This document shows positions 38,896-52,197 of a stretch of 64,000 bases of DNA, one piece after another. Positions within the stretch are counted from its first letter, which is position 1. The number at the start of each line of letters is the position of its first letter. The DNA comes from the human T2T-CHM13v2.0 reference genome, Homo sapiens. The stretch is from assembly GCF_009914755.1 (NCBI RefSeq), contig NC_060933.1; one strand, written 5' to 3'. The notes beneath the pieces were generated by a model. That model was not told where the DNA came from, searched no databases, and saw only the letters and a program-made list of their open reading frames with translations. Position numbers and translations under genes: made by a program.

Positions 38896-40549
38896 ACACA
38901 CATACACACAGAAACACATACTCCTCCTTCTATTCAGAGGCCTTTAGTCATCCACACTGAATCAAATGCTGCCTTCAGTCTAGCAAAAGGAGAGAGGATA
39001 GTGTGCTGCAATGGGCAGACTCCCTACAGGCAGTATCAAATAACCAGAAAAGGCAAGTGCTACTGCTAAGTGCTGCATTTCAAATGGTTTCCTAGAGGTC
39101 CCTTCTGCACAGAAATCTGTCATCATGCCTTCCATTTCATCATGATTAAGTCTTTTGTGTGTTAAGTATTGCCAGCATTGGGGGGTTCTTTTTGTCCCTG
39201 ATTCAATAATTCCCATATGTTGAACACATATCTTTTCCATATAATGTAGCAGATACTTCGTACCGATAATAATCGTCACAATAACTTACCAAAGGTGAAT
39301 ACTTCTCCCTCTTATTAAAAAAAAAAAAAAAGCAGAAAATTGAGGCTTGGAGAAATTAAGTGAATTGCTCAAAATTATACCAATAGTCAGGGGCAGAGTC
39401 AGGGGCAGAGCCCCTGCTCAGCCTCCACCAGTGGTTCCCCCTTGCATTCAGGACAAGATTTCAGCCCTGGTCTGTCTGATTTCAGTCCTAGGCTCTTTCC
39501 ATGTTGCCCTGACTGCCTCTCTAAAAAACAAAACAGAGCCCAGCATTCATGCAGCTTGATCATGAGCTCTTGGAAGGGGCCAGTGGTGTCTCTTTTGCTT
39601 CTCTCCCTGGTGACTGACTCAATCTTCAGGCTCAGTCAATGTCTATGAAACAAAGACATTAATGAAGCTTATGAGGAACACACATGCCCCAGATCCTCTG
39701 CACTGAAACACTTATTTATATGAATGAGCGTACCTGAGCACATCCTTTCAAGACAAGCCCAGAAAAGCAATGCCAGAAACCAGCACCACCTTCACATGTG
39801 GCAAGAGGCCATGCAAAATGTAATGGCTCAAGTTTGGAGCTGGGAGGATGGGGGCTTACATCCCAAGGATAAAATATTTTGACTGCTTAATATGTTCTCA
39901 AGAGGAAGAAAATTAAGCACCATTATGGTAGTGTTGCAGCCTCCTCTCTGCCACTAAGTTACTGAATTACTAAATGAACCCTCCCAAAACCTCAAGCTAA
40001 TCAGGTGTAGAAGGAAGCCTTGGGCCAGATAATCTGTAGGGCTCCTCCCACCCCTGGAGCCTTTTGTTATATGCCTCCACAGTGCCCAATCCTACTTGTT
40101 ATCTCAGCAGAGTCTTTAAAGGCTTCTCAGGAGAAGGGGTAGAGGCAAGGGTCATTAATTAATATTTTTCCCTCCACATTTAAGAGGGCATGTAGAATTG
40201 TGTAAGGACAGGGTTATCACCTAAAAATGAGTGCCTCCTTGAAGTTTTTGCCTGAGGTGCCTCATTCAGTTCATTCTGGTCCCAGCCCTGCTTGACAAAA
40301 GGATCAGCAAAGCTCTATTCACCCTCTCACTTGTATCACATACCTGCTTCAGTGTTTCTCTTCTCCTTTCACCCTGAGTTGGTGTTGTCATCTCCTAGGT
40401 CCTATCTTTAGAGATGGTATAAAAACTGGGTCTTGGGCTCAAACACATGGGGGACACACAACGAGCAGGTTCCTCAACTCTGATGTCAAAGCATGAAATC
40501 AGTTCACCAGAACCTCCCTGGGGCATAGACAGCAGCTTCTTTTGCTAAC

Positions 40550-41580
40550 TACCTCCAATACTGAGCACAATGCCTGGCACATAAGTGATGCACACTAAAT
40601 AATAGCAATGAATGAAATGCAATATCTGGATTCTGAATGCTTCTTTCTGCCTTGGCTTTTCCCACCCTGATCCAAGCCACCACCATCTCTGGCATCACAT
40701 CAGTCTTCCCCATCAGTCTCCCTTCCAACATGTTTACCTCTGTTCCTACAGATGTTTCCTCAATAGAGATGCCAGAGTGATACTCTTAAAATAGAAGTTA
40801 GATGACGTCACCCCTCTGCTCAGACTTCTCCAGTGGTTCCCCATTGCATTCAGGGCAAATGAAAATGCTAATGTTTTTACAATGTTCTGCAAGGCCAACC
40901 CAGGGGTTCTGGCCCTCTGAACGCTCTGGGATCCCATCTCCTAATATCCTTCTAGTACCCAGTTCAACCCAGCACATTAGCCTCTATGATCTTCCTCAAA
41001 TATGCAAGGCACAATCACCCCTGTGAGCCTTTGCACAGCCTGTTCCCTTTACCTACACTATGCTTTCCCCAGATATCCACAAGGCATGCTTTGCTCCCAC
41101 ACCTTTTCGGTTGTGCCTGTCTTGAACAGTCTGCTCAAATTTGCAACCATTTCTGCAACATGTACAGCCCCCTCTTTCTACAGGCTTCACACACACACAC
41201 ACACACACCCCTCATCTTCTAACATGTGATACACTTTATCACGTTATTCACTATAATTTTATTACTATATATAGTATATACAGCAATACAATTTCATTAC
41301 TATAGATACTATATATAGGAATAAAGTACATAAGTTACTATATACAGTATCTATATATAGTAATAAAATATATAAATTACTATATTTCATATATAGTAAC
41401 GAAATATATTTAGTAAATAGCATGATAAAGTGTATCATATATTATATATAGTACATTATATATTTCTACATATTCATATACTCTATATATGTATATACAG
41501 TATATATATAGCACTTTATATATGTATGTATGTACTATATATAACATACTATATATAGTATACTTTATATAGTATGTACA

Positions 41581-41615
<35 letters not shown>

Positions 41616-41810
41616 AACTATATTACTATATATATTTTAGCTCTGTGCCTGTCCCCTGCCCCGCAAGAATGTAAGTTACATGGTGGCAGGGATTTTTTTG
41701 TTTTGTTTTGTTTTCTTTCTTCTGTCAGAGCCTCACATCCTGGTTAAATTGGGTGCTTGATAAATATATACTGAACGTTCAGTGAACAAATACATGAATG
41801 AATGAATAAA
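40550..41810 (+). mobile_element. L2 3' fragments interrupted by an AT-rich low-complexity block
   Basis: 'ccctgatccaagccaccaccatctct', 'gccagagtgatactcttaaaat', 'gaatgtaagttacatggtggcagggatt', 'tgaatgaatgaat'. Confidence 0.75.
41220..41640. repeat. AT-rich (TA)n low-complexity block containing a long imperfect palindrome and (TA)~15
   Basis: Directly visible; perfect 15-bp inverted repeat at 41227-41241 / 41423-41437. Confidence 0.9.
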
Positions 41811-41865
41811 TACCAAAGCCATTTTTTTCAACTTGGACATCAAAACATTAAATGAATTCAATAGA

Positions 41866-42076
41866 CCAGGAATTGGCAAAATTTTTCTGTAAAGAGCCAA
41901 ATGACAAATATGTTCAGGTTTACAAGCCATAGGGTTGTGACTGCTCAATTCTGATGTTGTAGCACAAAAGCTGTCATGGGCAATATGTAAGCTAATGAGC
42001 ATGGCTGTGTTTAAATAAAAACTAATTTACAAAAAAACAGCAGTTGGCCTATAGGCTATAGTTTGCTGACTCCTGC
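41866..42076. mobile_element. MER58A
   Basis: 'caggaattggcaaaatttttctgtaaagagccaa...atagtttgctgactcctg'. Confidence 0.85.
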
Positions 42077-42238
42077 ACTGGACTAAACACTATTAGGTAA
42101 GGCAGTGGATCTGAATTTTCTTCCTGTTGAATATCAGTACATAAACACAGCACAGTGTCTAACACAGCATTGCCACTCAATAAATATTTTGAATGAAATG
42201 AAATATATATGAAATATAGTTCTGCTCTTTACTCTGTC

Positions 42239-42448
42239 ACAGCACTGTCTAATTGAGCTTGTTGCAACAATGGAAATGCTCTATATCTCTCCAATATGAA
42301 AGCCACCAGCCAGATGTGACTGCTGAATATTTCAAATATGGTGAATGTGACTGAGGAGCTAAATTTAACATTTTATTTCATTTTAATTAATTTACATTTT
42401 AATTTAAATGGCCAATAATGGCTAACAGCTACTGGATTGGACAGTGGA
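42239..42448. mobile_element. MER3 (hAT-Charlie)
   Basis: 'cagcactgtctaat...agccaccagccagatgtgact...ttttaattaattt...ttggacagtg'. Confidence 0.8.
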
Positions 42449-43552
42449 GTTCTATCACAATAATTCTCTTGCTTCATGATTCAGTTCTATTATCTTCCAC
42501 CCCCACCAGAGGAAGCCTTCCCTGATTGCTAAGGCTCACAATAACTTTTTTAGGATATATTCATTTCACTCAATCCATGTTTTAGTCACAGCTATAATAA
42601 TACCAAATGTTTGTTGAGCTTTAAGTACCAAGTATTGTGCTCAGTGCATAATACACTTTATCTAGCTCAGTCCTCATAATTACCCTCCAAGGATTGCCAT
42701 GTTGATATTCTTACCACTATTTTACCTCTGAGAAAAACAGAAGTGTAGGAAGGGTCAGCAAAGTGTCCAAACTTGTGCAGGACCCAAGTGGGCTGGGATT
42801 TGAATCTTCATTTGAATCCAGAGTGCAAGCTCTTGACCACCACAAGATGCTTATTAAGTGTAAACACTTGTGTTAGTACAAGTTTCATGTGTTCACATGT
42901 TATCTATCCTTCAAGAGATCAGGAATCAGTGGTCTTCTTCATTCTACATATTTCAAAGCCAGAACACTGGCTTTCAATAAAGATTTTCAGTATACAGAAC
43001 TTCAGAGCTGGAGAGTACTCAGGGAAAATCTAATGGAAATGCTCTTTGTATTATAAATAAAGAATATGAGGCCCATAGAGAAAAGGGGACTTGTCAAAGG
43101 TCATACTATGGGTAAATTACAAAGCTGGGATTAGAGGCCATGGAGTTTTTCTCTGAATTCAATATTTCATCTTTCATGTACTAATTCCACCATTCATTTT
43201 TAAACATCAACAGTGTGTTAGACAATGGGTTGGGTATGAGGAAAAAGCAGTGGAAAATGCAGACACAATCTTTGCCTTTATAAGGCACACAGTTTTTTAG
43301 ATAGCTAGCAATTGAACAAAGAATGACACAAATAAATGTATCATTCAAGGTTGTAATTATGTGCTGATAGCATAGGCTTGTGGTTTAGAGGGTAAATTCT
43401 GAGGCCAGACTTCTAGGTTTCAAATCTAGACACCATCACTTCCTAAATGACTTTGGAAAAAATCCATTAACTGTGATTTAGTTTCCTCACTTGTAAAATG
43501 AGACGATAACACTATTTCATTACATTAATTCTAAGGCATGCAACTTCTGACA

Positions 43553-43920
43553 TTTTATTTTTATTTCCATTTTTATTTATTTATTTTTAGATATAGAGTC
43601 TCACTCTGTAACCCAGGTTGGATTGCAGTGGTGTGATCATAGCTCACTGACACTTTGAACTCCTAGGCTCAAGCACTCTGCTCACCTCAGCCTCCAAGTG
43701 GCTAGGACTACAGGTGCATGCCACCATGCCCAGCTAATTTTCTCAGATTTTTTTAGAGACAGCGTCTCACTATGTTTCCCAAGCTGGTCTTGAACTCCTT
43801 GTGATCCTCCCACCTTGAACTCAAGTTCACTTGATCTCAAGTTCACTTGAACTCAAGTGATCCTCCCACCTTGGCCTCCCAAAGTGCTGGATTACAAGTG
43901 TGAGCCACCACACCCAGCCC
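43553..43920 (-). mobile_element. AluJ with a complex internal insertion
   Basis: AluJ reverse complement with duplicated and inverted snippets at 43801-43873. Confidence 0.92.
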
Positions 43921-46182
43921 CCATATTTTAATATTCCTAAATTGAGGACTTATCTGATAATTATTAGTATAGTATGGTATAGTATGATTATTATTATTGG
44001 CAGTATTTTTTCTTAGTGGTACATAAACTATATACATATGTGTATGTGTCTTAATTTATTTAAAATATAATCACATCTACCTCATATAATTATTGAGAGA
44101 TTAAATGAGATAATATATGTGAAGGCTTTGAAGAGTGGCTGACAGTTATCACTGTATAAATGTGCACCATTATTACTATTTACTATAAAGGAAAAATAGC
44201 ACCAATGGAGCATAATGCATTGGGGAAATAAACTAGTACAGAAAGTCACTTCCTTGAGGAAGTGACATTTTAAGTTGAAACAAGAAAGATAAGGAGGAGT
44301 GAACCAACTAAAGAATACAGTTTATAAGAAGTGGGGCTGGATGAGGAACAGATTGTCCCATGCAGAAGAAACAGCACCATCACTAACTCTATTACATTGG
44401 CTAGAAGAAATGACTCCCCATTAACAAATATGGAACTCTTTACAACATGGCTTTATATCCTAATAACACTCTCAATTCCAACCTAGGCTTCATTATTATC
44501 TTTTTTTCCATACATTTGTTTATTGATAATATATTTATTGTAAGGTTTTGCATATATATTTAGAAACTTCCTGGATTTATTTTTTAAATAGTAGGACATA
44601 TGCCATTTTTAGAAGACCAATATATTTTTTAACACATTTTTTAGATAAAATTAAATATAGTCTCTAATTTAAATGTCAGTAGATTATATTTATGATGTTA
44701 AAATCTGGTCTTAAAAGCTGAGCACTTCCCCTTTTTGGTACCTATAATCATCAGAAATACCTCAGGCTACCTTCTTCCTATATGCAGCTTTGTGGTGTGA
44801 GATTTCAGATCTCTGACAACCTTTTTTCTTTCAAGTTCAGAAGCAAAGGTTGCCTTGGACTTTCAATGGGACTGGCAAGTTCCCAATAAGAAAAAGTTTT
44901 CATAGTCTCTTTTGTAGTTTACCCTAACCTTCTTGACCTTCTAAATTTTTGAACAGTCAGGCCTGGTGCTTGCTTTGCAGGCTCCCTGAAATTTTATGAC
45001 CTCATCCTAGACACAGATTGTCCTTTCTTAAAAGACCTTAAACATCTTCTACAACATAACATTTTACAACACATTTAAACCAAATATATCAAGACTACCA
45101 AACAGAGATAAAAAGTAGTTTCCCTACAACCCATACATGCTGTCACAGTTCCTTCTACCTCTCAGTTCTGTATTGTTTCCCTGCCCTCAATTCAATTCAG
45201 TATTTTTGTTTTTTTCAAGTCAACTTATTCAGTAAATTCTTTGTCCAAAGGATTCATGCCTGCCTCTGAGAATTCTATACAAATACCTATCAAAGGGGAA
45301 ATCCCAGAATGCCTCTCTTTTCTCAATGCTAAGCAAATTTCCTCACATGCTAACTCCTTAAAACAGTAGCTTGGCCAAATCCCAGCAGTAATACTTAGTA
45401 AATATATGAACTTGAGAATGTCAATCAACTACTTTAAGACATAGCTACTTGTATTGAAGCAAAAATAACTACCTAGAAGTGTTATTATAATAACTGAGAA
45501 TAGCTATATAAAGTCTTTGCATGGTGTTTGGTACACAATAAGTGCCTAATAATTTTAGATGTTGTTATTGTCACTTCAATGTTCATGTACTTCTTGATAT
45601 CTCACCAAAATTCCATTGTACCTCTTTTAACTATTGGCTGTATTTGGCTGTTGTCTAACACTCCATCTGCTATATATAGATAATGAATCTGCATTGAATG
45701 GATTAATCTGATGAGAGAAATGGGATTTATGAGTTACTGACTTGTTTCATGGAATGTAAGCAGAAAACTTTGGTTTCTTGTCATTTCAATTACTTTTGTT
45801 GGAAAATATTTTAAAAAGCTTAATTCCATTATCTTTCATGCCTGAATAACAAAGTATCATGTTCGTTAATCGATAATAAGTTCAGATGACTTCTGTTTAA
45901 TTCAGGTTCTAGTAAAATTCATGACAAATGAGTGGTGAGGTGGAGAGCAATATGGGTTCTGAGGATCAGAGGGACTCGTTTCATGGAGGATATCCCCAGT
46001 TGAGGCTCTCTGGACTCATTTGTATATGACTAATTCTGAACATATAAAGGACAGAATTTACCTTATTTGAGTTCAGAAAAGACCAGTGCTGCCCAAGTCA
46101 GGGGAAAAGGTGAGTTTCAGAAAAGGATTAGGTATCTCTGAGCAAGTCTTTATTTAGCAAACACACACTTTAGCCAGAGTGT

Positions 46183-46217
46183 TGTCAGCACCCTGAGAAC
46201 TCTCCATGGTGCTGACA
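46183..46217 (-). promoter_or_regulatory. Candidate RE1/NRSE (REST site) within a 10-bp inverted repeat
   Basis: Minus strand 46216-46196 reads GTCAGCACCATGGAGAGTTCT against consensus TTCAGCACCNNGGACAGCGCC. A second left half-site lies on the plus strand. Confidence 0.65.
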
Positions 46218-46280
46218 CAAGAAGCCTACACCTTACTCATTGAACAAGCCTTGACACTTTAGCAGCTGAAATTTGATTTT

Positions 46281-46350
46281 CATCCATCCATCCATCCATC
46301 CATCCATCCATCCATACATCCATCCATACATCCATGCATCCATGCATCCA
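46281..46350. repeat. (CATC)n / (GGAT)n tetranucleotide repeat
   Basis: Directly visible. Confidence 0.95.
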
Positions 46351-47252
46351 AGAAAAGATGTATTGATACAGGAACTGTTTCATTTCCAGATACAGCAATA
46401 AACAAGGTGAGCAAAGACCAAGACTTTTATAATGTATATACCCATATACAAATGTCCCCTCTACAGTCTGCCAGAAAGTTGGTTCTCTATAAACAAATAT
46501 CAGCATATCTTACTGTGGATTTTACCTACTTATTGCCATACTTCAATATATATGCTCTACCACATAGAAAGCCCTAAAGATACCACTTCCTTCAAAACAG
46601 GGAATTTCTCCATCACTGTAGATTCTTGGAATTTATAGCTTCATAAAAATCCTGTATCCCTTTAAACTTTAGTAACACAGAGCTCAGCAAATACTAGAAA
46701 CAATCTGTAAACATTAGAAATATTTAGTACAATATAAGATTGCTATATGACATAACCACATACAGTGTATTCTCATTTCATATCCTACTACAAATGAAAA
46801 GTGGCTGCTGAAGACATGGAAATAAACTGAATGTAATGGTGAACATGACTGAAGTTCATATCAATTGTGGAAAGAAAATTCAATTTGCTATAAATGCCAT
46901 TTACAAATTGTTTCAATCATACTTACATGCTAAGTTATTAGTGCTTAAAAGGTCATAGAAACATGGATTTTGAGCGGAGAATATCCTAGAAATTATTTAG
47001 ACTTTTAATTTGTATCTTGCCACTAATTTACGGTGTGACACAGGGCAATGTGCTTAGCCTTGGTGGGTCTTGGTCTCCTCATTTGATTACACTAGATGAT
47101 GGCTAGGAACTCTTCTTGCACTAAAAGTATGTCCCCACTCATTGCTTTGTTGAAGAGAAGGAATCTGAAGTTCACGGTATGTAACATACTCAAGGTCGAC
47201 TGGCAAATTTGTGGCAAAGTTGACATGAGGGTTGAAGATTGAAGGTTAGTAA

Positions 47253-47642
<390 letters not shown>

Positions 47643-48498
47643 TAAATAAAAGTTCAGCAGATAGAAATGTCTAGCTTACTCTAAATTCCTCCTTCAGCTG
47701 GTTAGCTACTAGCTGGTTAGCAGAGATGATATCATATTTTCTTCTCACATAATCTAATGTTATGCACATTGTTGGATTAAACGTCTCATGAAATATTTAT
47801 TGAATTAATAAGTGAAGATACACATGACTGAATAAATGATTATAGAAATAAGAGAAAACCTTGTATTGGGTTTCCACCATATATTATCCACTGCACCAGT
47901 GCATTTTAAATTTTATTTTTCATCTCATCCTTATGACAACTCTAAAAAGTTGAAATTATTCTTCTCATTTTTAGTTATAAAAAATAAGGCTTGAATATGT
48001 TAAATGACTTACCAAGCTCCCTACAACCAGGAAACAGAGAAGAGAGAATTTAAACCTGGCTGTGTCTGACTCAGGAAGATATCCCAATTCTACTGTGGTT
48101 CACTACATGCTTGAATGAATGAATAAACATATGAAAGAATGAGTTAGTGTTCCGCTGTCATTTGCTTGATGTGTTGTAGACCATATTGTCAAAGGTTTTA
48201 TTTACAGAACTTGGTGTGATGCCACAGATGTGCAGAACTTTAATAAAGCTGTTTCGCAATAAGACATTACCCACATTGATATTCTTGAGAGTCAAAGCCT
48301 AATGATTTAAACTGTGTGGTGTTGCATTTTACTGGACCAGAGCAAGTAGTCCTTGGATGTTCACTTTCTGTCCTCAGAGAGATGAAGATAATGGTAGTCT
48401 GTCCTGGGAAGGAGCATAATGTCACTCTGGTGACATGTTCAAGCCTCCACTAGCCACTTTTTTGCCTTGGTCTTTCATTGGTTTGTTCTCATCTCATC

Positions 48499-48706
48499 CA
48501 GTGTTGTGCTGGTAAATGTTTAATGATTGTCTTTCTGAAAAAAATAAACTCTGATTTTGTTGCATTTACCAATTGTGTTGGTGTAAACATCCTCACCATA
48601 GCATATTTTCAGGCTATCAACATGCCATCACTGAACAAAGAGTTGGGAAAAGATGTTAACAGTCAACTCTCATGATGCCATGTGAGCTGGCTCCAGCACA
48701 TCACAG
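48499..48706. mobile_element. MER63-like (hAT-Blackjack)
   Basis: Termini 'cagtgttgtgctggtaaatgtttaa' and 'gagctggctccagcacatcacag'. Confidence 0.65.
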
Positions 48707-51269
48707 ATCTAATTCCAGAGTCATCCCTGTGGGTGGCACTAATTGTTGAAATCCCTGGAAAAACACACTGGAAATGGGCTGTGGCATGCAGCCAGGAAAA
48801 CTTGGCCAGGTTCATCTGTGCACCAAGACAATTATATATATGTTTCAGCTGTAGCATCTTCTCCACTTTCCTTCTCCTTCCCTGTCACTTGGGAGAAAAA
48901 ATTTTTCTTATCAACACATCCAGAAAAGCTTTAAGGAATGATAACCAGTGCTTTGACTCCATGACTCTGTCCAGCTCTACAGATTTGACTCACAAAGGAG
49001 AGACTTCTTTAAAAGAAGCTAAGCCACTTTTGACATATCAAGACCTAAATATACATAGGGCTTCAGGGTTTAGTTTTTCCATGACTTTCCCCAAATTCTA
49101 ATTCCTGATGGGAAGCAAAGAGTGGAGAAAGTTCTAGCTGTTCTTTTAGGGAGTTAGATGCTCTCCAAAACAGGTGGACTCATCTGCTTGTGAGAACAGA
49201 TGTTCTCAAAGTCTTTGGATCCTTACCTTTTAATGACCTCTCTTCATATTACCTTCCCAACCTCATCCCCTGCCACTCTCCCAGTGCTCTGCCTGCACCT
49301 CATTCTCCAGAGGGTGCAGTACAACTAAACTGACCTCTGAGTCCTAGAATCATTATAAACTTTTCTGTTTTTCAAAAAATCAAGTTCCCTCTGCTAAAGC
49401 ACCCTCCATACTCATAGTCCCTATTGATTTTACAAAGCTGAGCTGAAAGGTCATCTTCTTCATGATGTATCTCCTGAAATCCCCATCTAGAATACATTTC
49501 TCCCTGTTCTTCAGGCATGGGGCACTTTGTTAATGCATTGCTCTTGATTTATACTACACTGTGTTTTTGATAATAGCTATATATGAGCAGATTATTTTTA
49601 TACCTGTGAGAATGTAAAATCCATGAAGGTAAGAATATTGTGCAATTTGTCTGTGATTTCCCATAACACTCAACACACCGACTTATGAGTTGCAGAATTA
49701 AGAAAATCTTGCTTGAATTGAATCTAATGAATTGAACTAAATTTTACAAAGTGGATCTGAGTTAAGCCCCATGAAAATATATTTAGGGATCTTATGTTCC
49801 TATTTCAATTTTCTACCTGTAGACAGTCCTATCCATTTATGCCTTGAGTGACTTAGAGCAAGGTGCTTTGCTGGGCATTGCGGTGGAAAGAATATAGGAA
49901 TAAATATGATCTCTGGCCCTAAGGAGTTGACTTTCTAGCAGGGGAGATAAACTTTCAAACAGTAACTCAAGTTTTAATCTGGTTTTTAGTCAACAAAGAA
50001 CTCTGATGATTCTGTAGAAGAAGTAATCCATTCTACTGAGAAGAAGTAAGAAGAAATTAAATGAGTAGGATTGTGGAAGGTAGATGATTAAAGGGTGGAA
50101 GACATTTCAGGTGGAGAGACGAGTTGAACTCTAGTCAGAAGGTGAAACTACATGGGAATGTTTGGGGAATAATTGTGAGTATGAGCAGAGTAAGCAATGG
50201 AAAGAGGGATGATGTTGGAGATGTGTTGGAATAAGAGAGTAAGACCAGGGTATCCTAGAATTCAGATACATGGATGCTGCACAGTTGTTGGCGACCCAGT
50301 TTTTCTAGATCTGCAAAATATTTAACTTGAGTTCTTATGTAAATGGATAAAAGGGGAAAAACTAGAATTGGTATATACAATTGTTTCAAGAAGCATCAGG
50401 AGGAAAATTCCGTTCTTCCTTCCTGCTTGTATTATTCTTTGTCTCTTAATTACATGTCAGGCATTATGCTGAATTTTAAAGATAGCAAGAAAAGTGAAAC
50501 AGACATCTTGAACCTCCCGCCTTGCTCCAGCAAAGTTTACAGTCTGGTGATAGTTCCAGACAAGGAAAGAACAATGACTCCATAGAGGAACAAAGCCATG
50601 ACATATGGAAGCACAGAAGGCTATGACAGTAGGTGGGAGGGCCCCTTCATCTGTTCAGGGCTAGAGAGAGGGGTTCAGGAATGCCACCTGTGGGAGGAAA
50701 AGTGTTTGGGCTGAACGTGTAGGAAATAAAAAGAAGCCCTTGCTCTCCCATTAAAAGGAAAAAGACATTTTTCTTTTTCTGTGAAAGGGACAGAGGCATG
50801 CGAGGGCATGGTGCCTTCAGGAAACTGCACATGGGTAGTGTACCTAGAACCCAGGACACAAGGCAAATACAGGCAGAAGATGAGGTGAAAGAAACAGACA
50901 CAGTTTTGTCAAGATAATTAAACTAACAAATTTGGCAACTGAGTCATCCCCTGTGAGTGCAGAACACGGGTGGACTATTTGGGAGTGTTCAGAGCCTTGC
51001 TGCAACAGGGTAGTCCTTGAGCCAGAAGCATCAGCAACAGCTCCCAGCTTGTTAGAAATGCAGAACCTCAGGCTTAACTCCAGACCTGCTGAGGTTTCAG
51101 AAGCACTGGTTGAAGGCATGGAAACCTGGCTTTATATCCTGGCTTTGCAGTTTGCCAGCTGTGTGATCTTCGTCCTGTCCCCTGTCTTCTCTGGGCGGCA
51201 GTAGAATCAGCCATGAAGTTGAGGAGGTGGACCTAGTGGATTCCAGTGATATTTCCAGCTCTAAAGAGT

Positions 51270-51270
<1 letters not shown>

Positions 51271-51334
<64 letters not shown>
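51271..51334. repeat. (GT)32 microsatellite
   Basis: Directly visible. Confidence 0.98.
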
Positions 51335-51336
<2 letters not shown>

Positions 51337-51718
51337 TTAAATCTAGAGGCTACTGGTGGAAGAGTGCCTTATTTTTCAAACTGGCTAACACACACCTTGG
51401 ATGACCCGCTGTTTAGAATTATGCCCTCAAGCCTGTGTCTAATGGAGAACAGCATTAGAAACCACAAACTTGCACCTGAAAGCAGATCAGCTGGGGAGCT
51501 AGAAGGTCAGACCCACAGGCACTCACCACTTGTCTACTGGGCTTCACAGATGGAGGCAAAGAAGGGGACCCCTTCTGTTCCTTCCACCAATAATCTTGCT
51601 TCCTTTTCAAGGAAAAATAATGGAAAAAAAAATCTAAGGGGCCAGATGCAGAGATATATAATCCCACAAGGGCTTACCTGGCTTTTGGGTAAGAATATCC
51701 TAGAATTTGTGTTTCTTT

Positions 51719-51721
51719 CAC

Positions 51722-51752
<31 letters not shown>

Positions 51753-51757
51753 TGTGT
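51719..51757. repeat. (CG)8(TG)10 compound microsatellite
   Basis: Directly visible. Confidence 0.97.
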
Positions 51758-51893
51758 TTTGCGTGTTGGGGTACTGGTTAGGGTGGCAGTGACTTAAAGC
51801 TTAAATATCTTGATTAAAAAAAGAAGCTTGGCTGTCTGGTCATATGATGCATAAGAGCTGTGTTACATTTTCACATAGCTTCTCCAGTTGGGC

Positions 51894-52197
51894 TATTTAT
51901 TTATTGATTGATTTTTGGGACAAGGTCTCACTCTGTTGCTCAGGCTACAGTGCAGTAGCATGATCATGGCTAACTGTAGCCTCGACTTCCAGGACTCAAG
52001 CAACCCTCCCACCTCAGCTTCTAGAGTAGCTGGGACTATGGGCATGTGTCACCATGCCTGGCTAATTTTCGTATTTTTTTGTAGAAACAAGATTTCACTA
52101 TGTTGCCCAGGCTGGTCTTGGACTCCTGGGCTCAAGCGATCCACTTGCTTCAGCCTCTCAGTGCTGGGATTACAGGTGTGAGGCATCGCACCTGGCC
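51894..52197 (-). mobile_element. AluJ
   Basis: 'atgatcatggctaactgtagcctcgacttcc...ctcctgggctcaagcgatcc'. Confidence 0.93.

Noticed and set aside
51268-51792. 174-aa Cys/Val-rich ORF
   Set aside because: Artefact of (GT)n and (CG)n microsatellites.
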